From: Macrostomum lignano
Lineage: Eukaryota
NCBI GenBank assembly: GCA_002269645.1
Contig: NIVC01002520.1
Span: forward strand, 62,001-126,000
DNA: 64,000 bases
Direction of reading: 5' to 3'
The stretch's first letter is position 1. Each line of letters starts with the position of its first letter. Shown here piece after piece: positions 1 to 12,986 of the stretch. The notes under the pieces were generated by a model, which saw only the letters and a list, made by a program, of their open reading frames with translations, ran no database searches and was not told where the DNA came from. The position numbers were made by a program, and so were the translations under genes.

Positions 1-520
1 ACGCTCGGGGCGTTGAGAAGGCCGGCGGCCGTGGAGACGTTGATGGCCGTGTTGCGCCAGTCTTGTCGGAACGCGCTTTGTTGTCCGTGAGCCTGTAGGC
101 GCGGTCGCGGCAGCAGCTTGCTCGCAAGGCGAGAAAGTGGAGTGGGGCTGTCATTGCCGGGCGGCCATTTTGAATAGCTTGGCGGCCGCGGCCTTCGCGA
201 GGGTCGTCAGGGGGAGCAGATCTGCTTCAGTGAAAAGAACGTTGGTCATCCTGTGATGACTCTGGCCGCCGAGTTGTGGACGGTCTCTGCTCCCCTGCGA
301 CAGCTTTCCGATGCGATGGTCATCCAGGCTCTGGCTCCGTAGAGGGCGACTGACTGAACATAGTTCTGGTAGAGTCGGCTCAGCGCTTCGGCGTTTTGAT
401 CCCAGTCACGGCAGGGATCGCATTGAGGCGCTTCTGCATGGTGCGTTTGGTGATAGTGGCGTGGTGGCGGAAGGTGAGCTGGGTCAATGTGGACTCCGAG
501 TAGGCGCGGATTTTCGCCCG
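1..520 (-). mobile_element. Degraded non-LTR retrotransposon fragment (C-terminal part of RT; I/Ingi/Nimb-like)
   Basis: Joining frames across frameshifts gives ENPRLLGVHIDP-QLTFRHHATITKRTMQKRLNAI...DWxQNAEALSRLYQNYVQSVALYGARAW...ETVHNSAARVITG...EADLLPLTTLAKAAAAKL. This matches the LGVxFDxxLTF...LYxxxVRSxLEYGxxAW...AARxITG pattern downstream of LINE RT domain 7. Clade assignment is inference. Confidence 0.6.
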
Positions 521-1778
521 CGTCGCCGCTGCCTGCCAGCTTTGTGCTCCAACTGGACACGCCGCTCCCAGCTGAGGAGGACTTCTGCACCAGCCCAGTC
601 ACCACGGAGGACGTTGTGCTGTTCGCTCGAAAAACAACAGGCGGCAAGGCGCGATCGGCCCCGACGAAGTTCCGGTCGAAGCACTGCAGCTCCGCTGCGT
701 GGCCTCCCAGGTCACAGGCGTCGTGAACCGCGTGCTCGCCGGCGCCCCTGCGCCCACCGAGTGAACCGTCGCGCACATCGTGCCGATCCGGAAGAAGGCA
801 GGGACAACGCGGAAAGAAGACCACCGCGAAATCTCACTGATTTCCTGCACCTCGAAGCTCTTTAACCGGCTGCTGCTCGATCGTATGCAGTCGGTGCAGG
901 ACCCATACCTGCGGTACGAGCAGAACGGATTCCGGCCGCCAAGCTGGAACACAGACAGATCCTCAAACTCCGTCGTGTCATCGAGGAGGCGCACAACTGC
1001 CAGTATACGCTGATCATTGTCTTCGCTGACTTTGCGACGACTTTCGAAAGGCGTTTGACTCTGTGTTGAGAGCCGCGCTTCCCTTCGTCCTCGACCCTAT
1101 CGGGTCCCGCAGCAGCTAATCGACGCTGTCATGTCGCTGTATTGCGATACTCGAGCTGCTATGGTGACGGTGGACCGTCTGTCTGACCTGTTCGACACCT
1201 CATCAGAAGTTCTGCAGGGTGACACGCTGGCGCCGTTCCTCTTTGTGCTGCTGCTGGACTGGGTGCTTAGGACCGCACTCCCCTCGGCTGACGACGGCTT
1301 CCTGCTGCGTCCTGAATGTCCTCCAGTCCGAAGCGCTGCCCGACCGCGACAGGGCTCGGCTGTGGCAGGCGGTGGTCGAAACCGTCCTGCTATACATGTA
1401 CAACGCCGAGACGTGGACGTGGACTATGCTGGAGCGGCAGTTGGACTCGGCGCACTCAGGGCTACTCCGTGTGGCCAGCTTTCGAGCTGACAAGAGCGTC
1501 GGGACCGAGGCCCTGTACGATCGGGCCTAGCTGCAGCGGCCGTCCATCAAACCTGTGTTATGGAGCTACTGCCTCCAACCTGTGTTCAGGACGTTCTGAT
1601 GCTCACCTTGCAGGGCCCGTTCCGGTGGGTGATTCCTATGCGATGCTGAGGCACCCGAGACTACCAACGGGGCGGACTTCGTCCGATCTCAGGCTCTGAC
1701 GCGCCATCTGACGCGCCCTGCTCTCATAGTGACCTTGTATGCGGGGCTGCGTACTTGTTGTTGTTGTTGTTGTTGTTG
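520..1778 (+). mobile_element. 5'-truncated, frameshifted RTE-like LINE with internal deletion and (TTG)8 tail
   Basis: RT motifs in shifting frames: GKA-GPDEVPVEAL, IVPIRKK...HREISLISCTSKLFNRLLLDR...YEQNGFR, FADF..KAFDSV, VLQGDTLAPFLFVLLLDWVLR, AVVETVLLY..NAETWT. The YADD segment is missing. Ends in (TTG)8 at 1755-1778. Confidence 0.8.
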
Positions 1779-1983
1779 ACATGACCAAATTCAATTAACT
1801 GTACACTGTTCTGGCCGTGTTCCATGTACATGTGAAATTAAATCGCTGGGGCCAGCCAGCCAGGTTTTCACGTCTGCACATGTAAACTGTACATGACGCT
1901 GACAGACAGGCGAATGCATGAACTTAAGCGACAAATATCAACTAGCAGTCGCGTGAACGTCTTCATGCATGTACTGCCTGTAC

Positions 1984-2907
1984 CCCCTACAGCAAATCCG
2001 ACGTCAATGGCAAATTATTTGCTTTTATATATGTACATCAATGAAAATCGACGTTATACCGTCCGCTGAACGGCGGTGTAATTGTTAAAGTATGTACACA
2101 TCTGTCATCGATGTCGGATTAGTTTGCTGTACAGAGACCCCAGCGGTCTTCGGTTTCCAATAGTGCCTGTCTGACAAAGGAAAACAAACCAGAATTATCG
2201 CGGTCTGCCTGCGCGAACTTCGAGAAGCGCTTTTAGTGTCTCGCAGCCACTTGCTCGATATATCTATGTATTTTCTGCAGTTATTTTCACTCTTGTACTG
2301 TCATGGCAGAACTTGCAGTCCGAGGCCAGGAGAGCTATAGCGTCGCACGACGGCTTACTGTGCGCCGACTCCAAGATCAGCGGGGACTATTTAGCGAGTT
2401 ACAAAACCAGTACAGTCTGGCCGGCGTTCCTAACGTCTATCGAGTATACATGTATGACGTACTTTTACATGGCGTATCAGCTGACGTATGACGTCGTGGT
2501 TAAAGCCCATAACATTGTCATCGATGTCAATATAGTCGGGCGGCGTCGGATTGCTGTACGGGAAACGTGGTACGTACAGTGTATAATTATCGCTCAGCGA
2601 CCTCCAGGTATCATATGTACCGGTGAATGTACGGCGACTCATGCCCATTTGTACGTGCAGGATGAGTTGCTGTAAACGCTGGCAGACGTCTCGCGCCCAA
2701 GCCTAGCTATGTCTGAGGCAGTTTATTTTTTAAGACCTTTCTGGCAGCTTGCTATATATATTAGCGAGTTTTGACATGAGTTTTTACACTAAATTGATGG
2801 ATAACGACGTCATGCGTCGGCTGAACAACATGTAAAAGTACAAATTTGTCATCGACGTCGGTAACATCGGCCAGCGTCGCGTCGCTGACGTCGGATTGCT
2901 GTACGGG
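1984..2907. mobile_element. Non-autonomous TIR (MITE/EnSpm-like) element remnant
   Basis: Left end CCCCTACAGCAAATCCGACGTC is the near reverse complement of GACGTCGGATTGCTGTACGGG (ends 2907). A second right-end copy ends at 2562. Many internal GACGTC/CGTCGG motifs. No clear TSD. Confidence 0.5.
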
Positions 2908-4402
2908 AAAAAATGCAACAACCAAGCAACAGTTTTATGCAACTACATGTACAATGTGTGAGCTATCGAGCTCTTAGCTATAACTGAATTTACTTTGTGG
3001 CTGTATGTCTATGGTTACAAACTCGTTCCGTTTGATACAGACCACGACATCGAGAAGCATTAAGCTATGCGCGTAAGCGGTATAAAATAAAATGTTCAAA
3101 ACACCTCGCTTATAGAGCGAGCGAACGCTATAGAAAGTAGCAAGCCAAGGGCTGCTCATAAAAGTCGTCTTTGAATTTGTTATCATTACTCGACCAAAAA
3201 ACTTAACACAATGTATAATCACTGATCCTTGTTAAGACTCTAATCAACCGATGCATCGCAGTTTTATTTGCTGGTAGATCAAATTAGTTATAATCGCTTG
3301 AAATTTGATAAAGATTAAATAAACAACCATGCAATACGATGGCGAAAAAATTTGCATGCGAGAATCTGTAGTAGCCAGCATAAGCCTCTGGGGTGAAATC
3401 TAGTTGTTCGAAGCAAGCCATTACTATGTACACTTCGACTGCGTCTAATCAATTATTACATTAATTTAAAAGTTAATTTTGTAATTGTTTTCGATCAGCA
3501 ATGCTTGAACATTAGCGAGCTACAATAATAAGGCACATGCATGCATACCATTTAAGGCTAAGCTGCAGATCGATATAAGGGTTTATCCAGATATTATAAA
3601 CACATTATAAAGAACCAAGAGAATAACATCTGCATGCAGTTACCATATCCAGTGAGCCAGTTTGCATTGACAAGTAATGCTCAAAGGTATTGAAATTGCA
3701 TCAACTTAAGGACTTCTTAAGTAGACAGTTTGGAATGGAAACCTTGGAAAGCATTTAGTTTGCTGGTTTTGCTTTCCAGAAAAACTCAAGAGAGACATGT
3801 TATACTAAAGAACGAGCTTTTGATTGGCTTCCAATGAAAACTAAAACTGTCTTATTTTTGTGGAGAAATCAACCCGGAAAGATCCTACACATCTCCGTAG
3901 TGTACTTTTATTGCAAACTCAACCTAAAAATCGAATCGAAGTTTCCCGTCACACCTAAATTGTCCTTTTAGTTTGAAACTCCACTGGTGGTAAAATTTCG
4001 CTCGTAAAAATCGATCAAGATCGATCAAATCGATCGTTCACCGAAGGAAGTGAAATGGGACAATTTTTCATGAATAATCCTCACTATATAGTAAGCTATC
4101 TGCATCGCCATTTATTTGACGTAAAAGTGCGAATCTAATCTAAATATACACAAGTTTAAAAAGAAGCTGAGTATTTCTGAGACGCAAAAGGCGGAGAGAA
4201 TTAAATCGAGAAAAAAGATAAAGTACAGTTTGTGCACATTAATTAATCGCTCGTAAATCCGTTTGGAGCAATTTAATTTTGTCGAAAAGTTGAGCACACT
4301 AGTCTGTAGAGGAAAAAATCAGAATCAGAAAGAAGCAATTTATAAGTTGCATGTGATTGGCTGAGGAATACATGGTTATTAAATATAAAGTCGAGGCCAC
4401 TC

Positions 4403-7400
4403 TCACATCGATACCGAATTCATCGCTAGGGCTTTCTTCTCCAGTTCGGAAAATTCAGCATGCCCGGCTACCATTTCACTGCAAAGTGTAAAGGAGTTTG
4501 ATATATCAAACCAATTTCTTGCCGCAACTTTATCTGGTGCCAAGGCTTCAACACCAAACTTGTGATCATGAACAAACTTAAGTACTGTGGAAGCACGTAA
4601 AAATTTCTTAGAAATGAACTGGCCTGTAAAGAACGTATATTTGTGGTACCGCTGGGTGTATTCAGTGTGCTCTCTAGAGAACGAACATAGAGCTGAATGA
4701 GGTTTTGCCATAGACAAAATCCGTCGAGTAAAAGACGATCTCTTACGAGCATACAACAAATATCCGTTCCTTTCCGACTTTCAGCTCTTTTCTAAGAAAT
4801 TCGAGTGTAGCGTACTTCTACTTTAGTATTCTATATCTGGTGACCATCCGTGATGCGATACATAGTGTCGACGTGTGATGTTAATTTTTATTGATATTAC
4901 GCTCATAGTGTTTAGAGTCAACTCAGACCACAGATCCTATATAATAAAAGAATACTATAGAAGATGTCTCAATTCATTGTAGAAGAAAAGTGATCACTTT
5001 TTATATTCAGCTGACACATTCAGTCTTTTTAGGATTCAATGTTTCAGTGTTATTACTGTTTTTTTATGAAACTTAATTACTTTCCAGCTATTTATGTCTA
5101 ACTGAAGTCTAGGGAATCGGAACATTCATAAAATAAGTGTACGCTGGATTTGTAACTCTTTGTAACCAAATTTGAATTCGCACATCAGTTCGATTAAAGA
5201 TCGAAAATAGTAATGAAAAAAAACTATAGATTCAGTCTTGATGATTTAGCAAATAAAGTCATGTGCGTGCGCAAATGTAATTCATACATGTACGTGTGCG
5301 TATTCACTGATAGCTATATATGAGAGTTTTAATTCAGAGAATTTGCGATAATAAACATAAAGTGAACGATTGAAGTGAGCTTTTAATACATAGTTGGTTT
5401 TGTCATAAACAACACCTTTTGTAACACGATATAAATGTGTAAAAGCGTGCTTAAATGGCTAGTTATTGCGTATTGGCTGGAGTCATTTAATGCACGAGAA
5501 ATATATATCGAAATATATATTGAATCCTATAATTCACAGTTAAAATCCTGAAGGTAAATAAAGATAGGTTGGGCCATAGACAGCACCGTGAATTTCTGAC
5601 TGTCACCGTCAAGCGTGACAGTTCTTTTCATTTCAAATTTCAATCATTTCTTTTCTTGTCATTTCATTAAGATTAATTTTCATTTTAATCTTATAAGCCG
5701 CTCTTAATGCTTAGGAAAGTTATAAATTAACTGTGACTGGTGATCCTGTTTGTGAATTTATTAAGCAAATTTTTTTACCCAAAAATTACATGTATATAGG
5801 CCTAAATTACAGGCACACAAATGGCTACTGCTGCGGTCACAGACTCGACCGCAAGCTGTTTCCCTCTCAGCATCAGCAGCTGCTGTCTCCACTCCTGGTA
5901 AACTCCTTCATCAAGCCAATGTAGGACCAGGCGAAAGTGGCTGACGGAAAGTATGAACAAAACAAAAATGATGCAGTCATAACTATAGGAAAAAAACTGA
6001 AAAGTTAAAATTTAACTACGGTACAGTGCGTTGAAGCAATTCTAACCAAAAATAAAGTAGCTGGAAGATTTCTAAAAACTAAGGCAAGAAAAACATGAAT
6101 TTTGCTTTACTCTGTGCAGAAACAACTGGTGCGTGTATTTGGTTGCATCCAAAAACATGGTTTGAGAGCTCGCAAAACAAACTCGCGTGTTGTGATTCTG
6201 ATAAGTGCTGGTGCACTAATCTGCAGTTAGTTACTGCAGTTAAATTCACTGCTCTATCTTTGGAGCTAAAAATAAAAAAGAGATATTGATTAATAAAATT
6301 AATCTGAATTTCAAAATCAACAAGACAAGTCTGAATTAAAAATGTGAAACGCAAAATGAACGCACGATCTTCAGTGACTAGCTAGAGTGCTGCGTGATTG
6401 GGCATTGAGGAATGTGTAAGGAACTCAAGTTGATCGTCTTTCATACGCTGCAAAACAATTTTTTTAATTTGTAAGAAATAGATAATTGTAGCTCTTTTAA
6501 CTCAGGATTCAGAAGTCTTTCATATTATGAGCACTGCGATTCCTGAGCCACAAAAAAATACTTTCTAAGCATACTAGCTATATTTAGATTTTTTCTGAAA
6601 TATTTGAGATCTATGGAAAGTAAAGGTACATCATAAACCCGAAAAATCACAACTCCGAAAGGATTTCCTATCATAACCCCGAAAACAAAAATAGCGTTGG
6701 ACATTGCTAACACTTTTGAAGTTATGCTAATTCGGGTTTATGATGGAAAGCGCTTTCGGAAGATTTTTATGATGCTCCCGACACCTTTTAGTGAGAGAGT
6801 TCGGCGCAGATTGTACCGCTTAATCACGAAGAACCAGCTTAATCGTATTTTATAAGGTGAGGAATTGCGGGTAATATGTTTTGTTTATTTCGTCAGAGTA
6901 AAAAAGCATTTTTTTAAGTTTGATTGGTGATAATAATTATAAGCTGAATACAAGGTGGTTAGGACATTTTTCTCTTTGAATAGACTTGTTGAAGCTTTTT
7001 CAAAATTGCAGGAATCATTCGAGCAACCGTACTGACAAGGTACAACCCATTTCGAGTGGGATATGGTTAATTTTTTGTTATAATTTAAACAAGGATAAAA
7101 GTGTAGGATTTGGCAAAGGTGAGTTTTAATTGTTTGTCGTTGGATAGTAGACTAGCGATATACAGTACAGGGATGAGTGCATGCAGAAGTTGCTTACTGC
7201 TCCAAATAACAATGTTTACACAGTAAATGCTATATCGATCTAATCTATCTTCAGGAAATTATACCAGAAAGGAGAGTAAGTCATAAACTGAATTTCAATA
7301 ACACAAAAAGGAATAGAATTCGGACTATATTACTACACAATCTCTTGTAACAATCAAGAACATTCTACTACTTCTACTGGGGAGAGATCTCTATATGTAC

Positions 7401-10400
7401 CTCGATCTTTATCAATGAAAATAGTAGACTATCTTTTTCTACTGAAAACCAATGAAGGATATTAAGAGATTAAATCAATTTGATCAAGGAATAGTTGGGA
7501 TAGAATACTCATAAGTTATGGTTACATTTTATACAGTTGAGGCATAACACAACGGAATAAAAACATAATTTGAGCAATAAATATTAAATAAACTTGGCCA
7601 AGAAGAAATTTATATATATTCGGAATTACCCTTTCTAGCAGAGCTCAGGTCATTGTCTAGAATGATCTCCAACATCTCCCTGTAGCATGCAAATCGCCGC
7701 AAAAAATGCATTGTAAATCTGTTCTGATTAATGTTGAACTACATGCTGGGGGTGCTTCCCGTTATAACATGTACTTTGGGTTGTTTAGAAATTGAGCTGA
7801 GATGACATTGTAGCGGTTTTAGTCAATTAGTTTTCGGTTGTTCATGCATTCATTAATAGATACCATTGGTGTAAAAATAATTAGTATGGAGAAAAATTAT
7901 AACGGTCGCACTTTAATAATTAGTGGGAAAAAGGATGCAAGCTGTACATCTGTACAGTTAACAAAATGTACAGATGTCGATGTCAAAGCGAACAATCATA
8001 GAATAACTTCTAAACATCCAGCTAGACATCAAAAAGCTGAATTTTGTCGTAAGCTCTCAATTACAGCAGCATTCGTAATTCACTAAACTCACAGAATATA
8101 CACAGAATGCTCAATCACGCATTTTGAGAAAATTTCTTGCATTAAAATTAAATTCTATACTAGCTACTCTTGTTGTGAAGAAAAACTAAGTAGGCCGAAT
8201 GGCACTTATCCATGCTTGTCCATCCCAGACGGACCATAGATGTCTTTTAGCAGAGCATATCACTGGGTAGACTGGGAAGGGTATGCGTATGCGTATGAGT
8301 ATCACAATTGTGTTGTTGAAGTGCAGAGGCAGCTTCAATGACAGACGGGAGTGCCGAGAGGCCGTGACGAATCTTGCCTGTCAACCAGTTGTTGGGCTAG
8401 CCGGCTGTCAATTGCAGACCAACAGCAACTGCGAGAACGATGACAGCATGGAACTTGAAACCTGGTCATCCCCAAAAGGGCAGTTGATCATATCTGCAGT
8501 CTGTCAGATGGAGCGCACCTTCACGACAACAGACAAAGAGCTATTTGTTCTGAAGGGTGTGGGTCAACGGCTGCAAGAAAAGTTCTTTCCTATTGTTCTT
8601 GCTAACATTCACACACACACAGCTCGGATCACAGTGAACACTGCGCAAGGGCGGTGGCCAAGTTGTTGGCCCGAATTCGCCTGCATCACTGGTGAAACAG
8701 TCAGAGGGAGCTCGCTCAGCAGAGAAAGCAGCGCGAGGGCGCACGACAGGAATGAAGAGAAGTGAAGAGAAGAACTGATGCGAATGAATGCTGTTTGACT
8801 TGAGTTTTTAAGATTCAAGTTTTGACTTCCTAAATAAACTAACCGGTTTTTAAATTTGATCCTTGTTGTAGTAGGATCGTTACTGCTTTTGATACTTTTT
8901 GCTAAATTATTCTTTGCTAGTTTATACTACTGGCCATAGACTTCACCACAAAAGTAGTGCGCATGAATATTAATTCGGCTTCATGGAAAATGCTTGATTG
9001 AGCATTCTGTGTATATTCTGTTTACTAAACTTGACCAAAGCAGCCATATCTCATGAGATTTTTTTGACATATTGTTGATTATTCTGAATCTATTGTTTGC
9101 TTGTTAACTACTCGTTTGTTAATTTTAATTACAATGTAGTATGGATAACAAAATATTTATTAGTTATATGAATTCGTACATTTAGAGTCCCATGGTGAAC
9201 ATTTAGTATAAATATGGCATAAACAGCATCCATTTAAACTTACGGGTCGTACTACGAGAAAGAAGTAAAATAAACTGATTCACGGCATGGCAACTCGTAG
9301 CGAAATAATTTCGTATTTTAGTGAATATAAATAAATAAACAATTAACAGTCACAAATACAGGCTGAACGTCACGCATAAAAAGGAAGAGTAAACGTTTCA
9401 GTTCAAACAAATGTTGACAAATTTCACAGCATTTTAGTCTGACGTGTTTTACCTTCTGAGTTCCCATGCGATCAAAAAATATCTTGAAAACATCCTGTTT
9501 TTTGTACGACGCGGAGTACAGTTTGTTTCTTGTTAAAGCTTACTATAACAAAGAGGTTTTATATTTAATATGCTCTTAAAATATTAAATGAGGTTACCCC
9601 TCATTACCCCGATTAGTTACCCCGATTACATTGACATTATTCCAAAGGGGATCGAACTTTAGAGGATAACAAATAGTACATATAAATTCTATTCCTTACC
9701 TGTAGTTAATCTCGCCATCTCCGTCTTTGTCCAAATCGTTGATCAACCATTCGACCTCTTCGTCCGTGAGGTTAAGCCCGGATTCCTGAACGGTTTGAGT
9801 GGGTTTTGACAGTTTAATTTAAGTGCAAGTCAATTGTAATTACTAGTGACGTTATTAGAACTGATGCAAGTTCTGCCCCTTTCTGGAACAGGCAAAAATG
9901 TCAATTAGGTTTTAAGGCACTTCAGAAAAATGAGAAAGATAAATCGATTAAGCTTTCCCACGGAGAAATGTGTTCTTCCTTCAAACAGGTGCCGTAATAG
10001 ATAGAATATTCAATTTCAATATGTGACAGACGCATTCCATCTCGCTTGTAAAAATGACTTCGGAAAAAGAGGAAGCACTTTCTGTGTGGCGTGTTAGGGC
10101 GTGGGAAATGCGAAATTACATACATTTATGCTAATATAATTCGAGCGAAATGCCACACAGCACAGCAAACCGCACAACTTAAAACAAAACTTGGTGCATA
10201 TGTAATTGTCGAACAGGTAAAAATTAGCCAAAAAGGATTTGTTAACTATTGTCGGCACTCGCGTCGTGTCAGTTGGCAGAGGTAAATAGGAATGATAAAA
10301 GATTACAGAAAATGCTGAGACAAATCTGGTGTGTTTTACCTTTCGGAAAATCTGAAATTGTATGCGTTGTTTGATAAAGTGTACGACTAGAATTGTCTTT

Positions 10401-12938
10401 AATGTTTCGCCACCCCTACCTTTTTGTAATTTTGTTTTGTAAAAACATATCAATCAACCTCGATCAAATTCAATTACTCTGGAGTGTTCATACTTGCACA
10501 GTCGTAGCGTGTGACTATAGTGTAGTACGCTTAATCTCACTGTCCTACCATCTCACTCCCACTGAATCTAAAATGGACACTAGGCCAACCATCTCACTTC
10601 CACTGAATCTAAAATGGACACTGTGCCAACCACCTCACTGCCACTGAATCTAAAATGGACACTGGGCCAACCACCTCACTGCCACTGAATCTAAAATGGA
10701 CACTGGGCCAACCACCTCACTTCCACTGAATCTAAAATGGACGCTGGGCCAACCACCTCACTCCCACTGAATCTAAAATGTACACTGGGCCAACCACCTC
10801 ACTGCCACTGAATCTAAAATGGACACTGGGCCAACCACCTCACTGCCACTGAATCTGCAATGAACATTTGGTCAAGCACCTTTCTCCCGCTGAATCTAAA
10901 ATTTACACTGAAACAAGCAACTCATCCCCACTCAACCATTTCCTTGAATGTACGCTGGGCTTGAACTGCGCAATTTACAAACTAAGCCAACCTCCAAAAT
11001 TTTAATAAAATCCACTTTTAGGTGGATGTAAATAAAAAAAGTGATTTTCTAAGACAGCCTAAAACTTACCTCGAGTCCTTCCAGAAACTCTTCTCGCGTC
11101 ACCGACATGCTTCGATCTTTGTCAAAGGTGTTAAAAAAATCGATCATCTTCATACCGCGTTTCTCAACAAAGTTTCTCAGCTTCATCATTGGATGCACTT
11201 TGGCCTTCTCGCGATGCGGCACCTTGACACCGACTTCCACCTTAAGCTCAGGCATTGTCTCCAGGAGTTGATAGTGCAGATCCTTGAAGTCGTCGTTAAC
11301 CATGATGTCCTGCATTATATTGTTTTCATTAATCATCTTTATTTAACATGAAGCATACCAAGAACTATAGATAAAAAAGCTCGTATAATTTTAGACTACT
11401 TTTAGTAAGAGGACGCAAGCTCAGACCCGAACGTCTCAGACTCGAACCTACATGTATGAATTTAATACGGTCGTACCTATTAGTTATGGTGCAGCTAAGC
11501 ATTCGTGTCTCGCTCAAAAAGTTAAAGCGAAATTGGATTTATCTATTTAATTGCTACGAAGTTCCGAATAAAACACGGAATGTGCCGACGGTATAAAAAG
11601 AATAAACCTTCGTTTTAAGGGGGGTTTGAGACCTCTGGATCAAAACCTTAATTCGGCGACATCGTCCCACTACCAGAGGCTATAATCTAGCCATTTTGAT
11701 TACTTCTGAGCACATTCATACAGCTTGGTATTGTACGCAGACACGCGCTCGCACAGGGCTTAAAGTGCACTTATTTTATAATCACTATGTTATAGGAAGT
11801 CATATAAATAACAGTAATAATAATTGGCTACAACTGCCCCAATTGAGCCAGATGTGCAACCGACAGCTCAGCCGCAGCTATTACGCGGCGCATCTGAAGG
11901 CTGAGTACGGCTGTTCAGTCCAAGGACTGGGGGGGGGGGGTCACCACACACAGCCTCAATTACCCCAGCTAATGCTGGCACCCATTTTACAGCTGGGTAA
12001 ACTGAAACATGAGTTAAGTGTCTTGCTCAAGGACACAAGGACACACCCCGACCTTCAAATCGTGAGCCCGACGCTCTAACCACTAGGCTTCAACCTCCTA
12101 GGAAGTCAGCATGTAAACTCTCTGCGCCACCAGGGTTTGCCTTCATGGATGTGAATTGCATGATGGCATAAAAGACAATTCACCGGCACATTTACTTACG
12201 CAAGCCCCGATTCGAATTGACGTGGCTGAGCACAGATTTCATATCTCGGACACTTAATATCTCGGACACTTAATATCTCGGACACTCAATGTCTCGGAAA
12301 TTTCATATCTAGGACATTTCATATCTCGGACACTTCATAACTCGGACACTTCATATCTCCGAAATTTCATATTCATTTGTATAGAATGCAGGTGATACCG
12401 CAAATTGTTCAGAAATCGCATGTGACTTTAATTGCACAGACTGTTTGCCCCAATTTAGCTGGCATCGCCGAAATATGTTGAAAACGTTTTTTAACCTAAT
12501 TGTTACGAAGGAATACCGCAGTACGAGACAGCAAGCTTAGCTTGGATTTGTGAAGGTTGAAACAGTAGTTCTCTAAATACGAGCGTACCACCCCTATAGC
12601 TACTCAGCAGTATGCTTCTCTCTTTTAATGGCCCGCCTCTCAATTGATATTCTCTCTTCTCAACAGCCGACTGTGAATAGCCACTCGTGCGAGCTTCTCT
12701 CCAAGTTGCAGCATAATTCAAACTATGAAGACTCGTTTCTCAGTTGACTGGTTGCAACGATTCAACACAGCAGTTGCTGGCTACGTACTACAGGCATTGG
12801 GTTGAATAGATTCTTGAGACAGCCACCCGGGGCAACAAAAGCAACCATGCAGCTGTATATGGCGCTCTAAAAAGAATTATACTGAGTAACAGAAGAAGTG
12901 GCAGCCTGAGAGATGAAGAATCACAATAAGACAGAGCC

Positions 12939-12986
<48 letters not shown>

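Noticed and set aside
6990-7290. Possible micro-exon gene on plus (short AG...GT-bounded segments)
   Set aside because: The implied introns are very short or the donors weak, and I could not assemble a convincing open frame.
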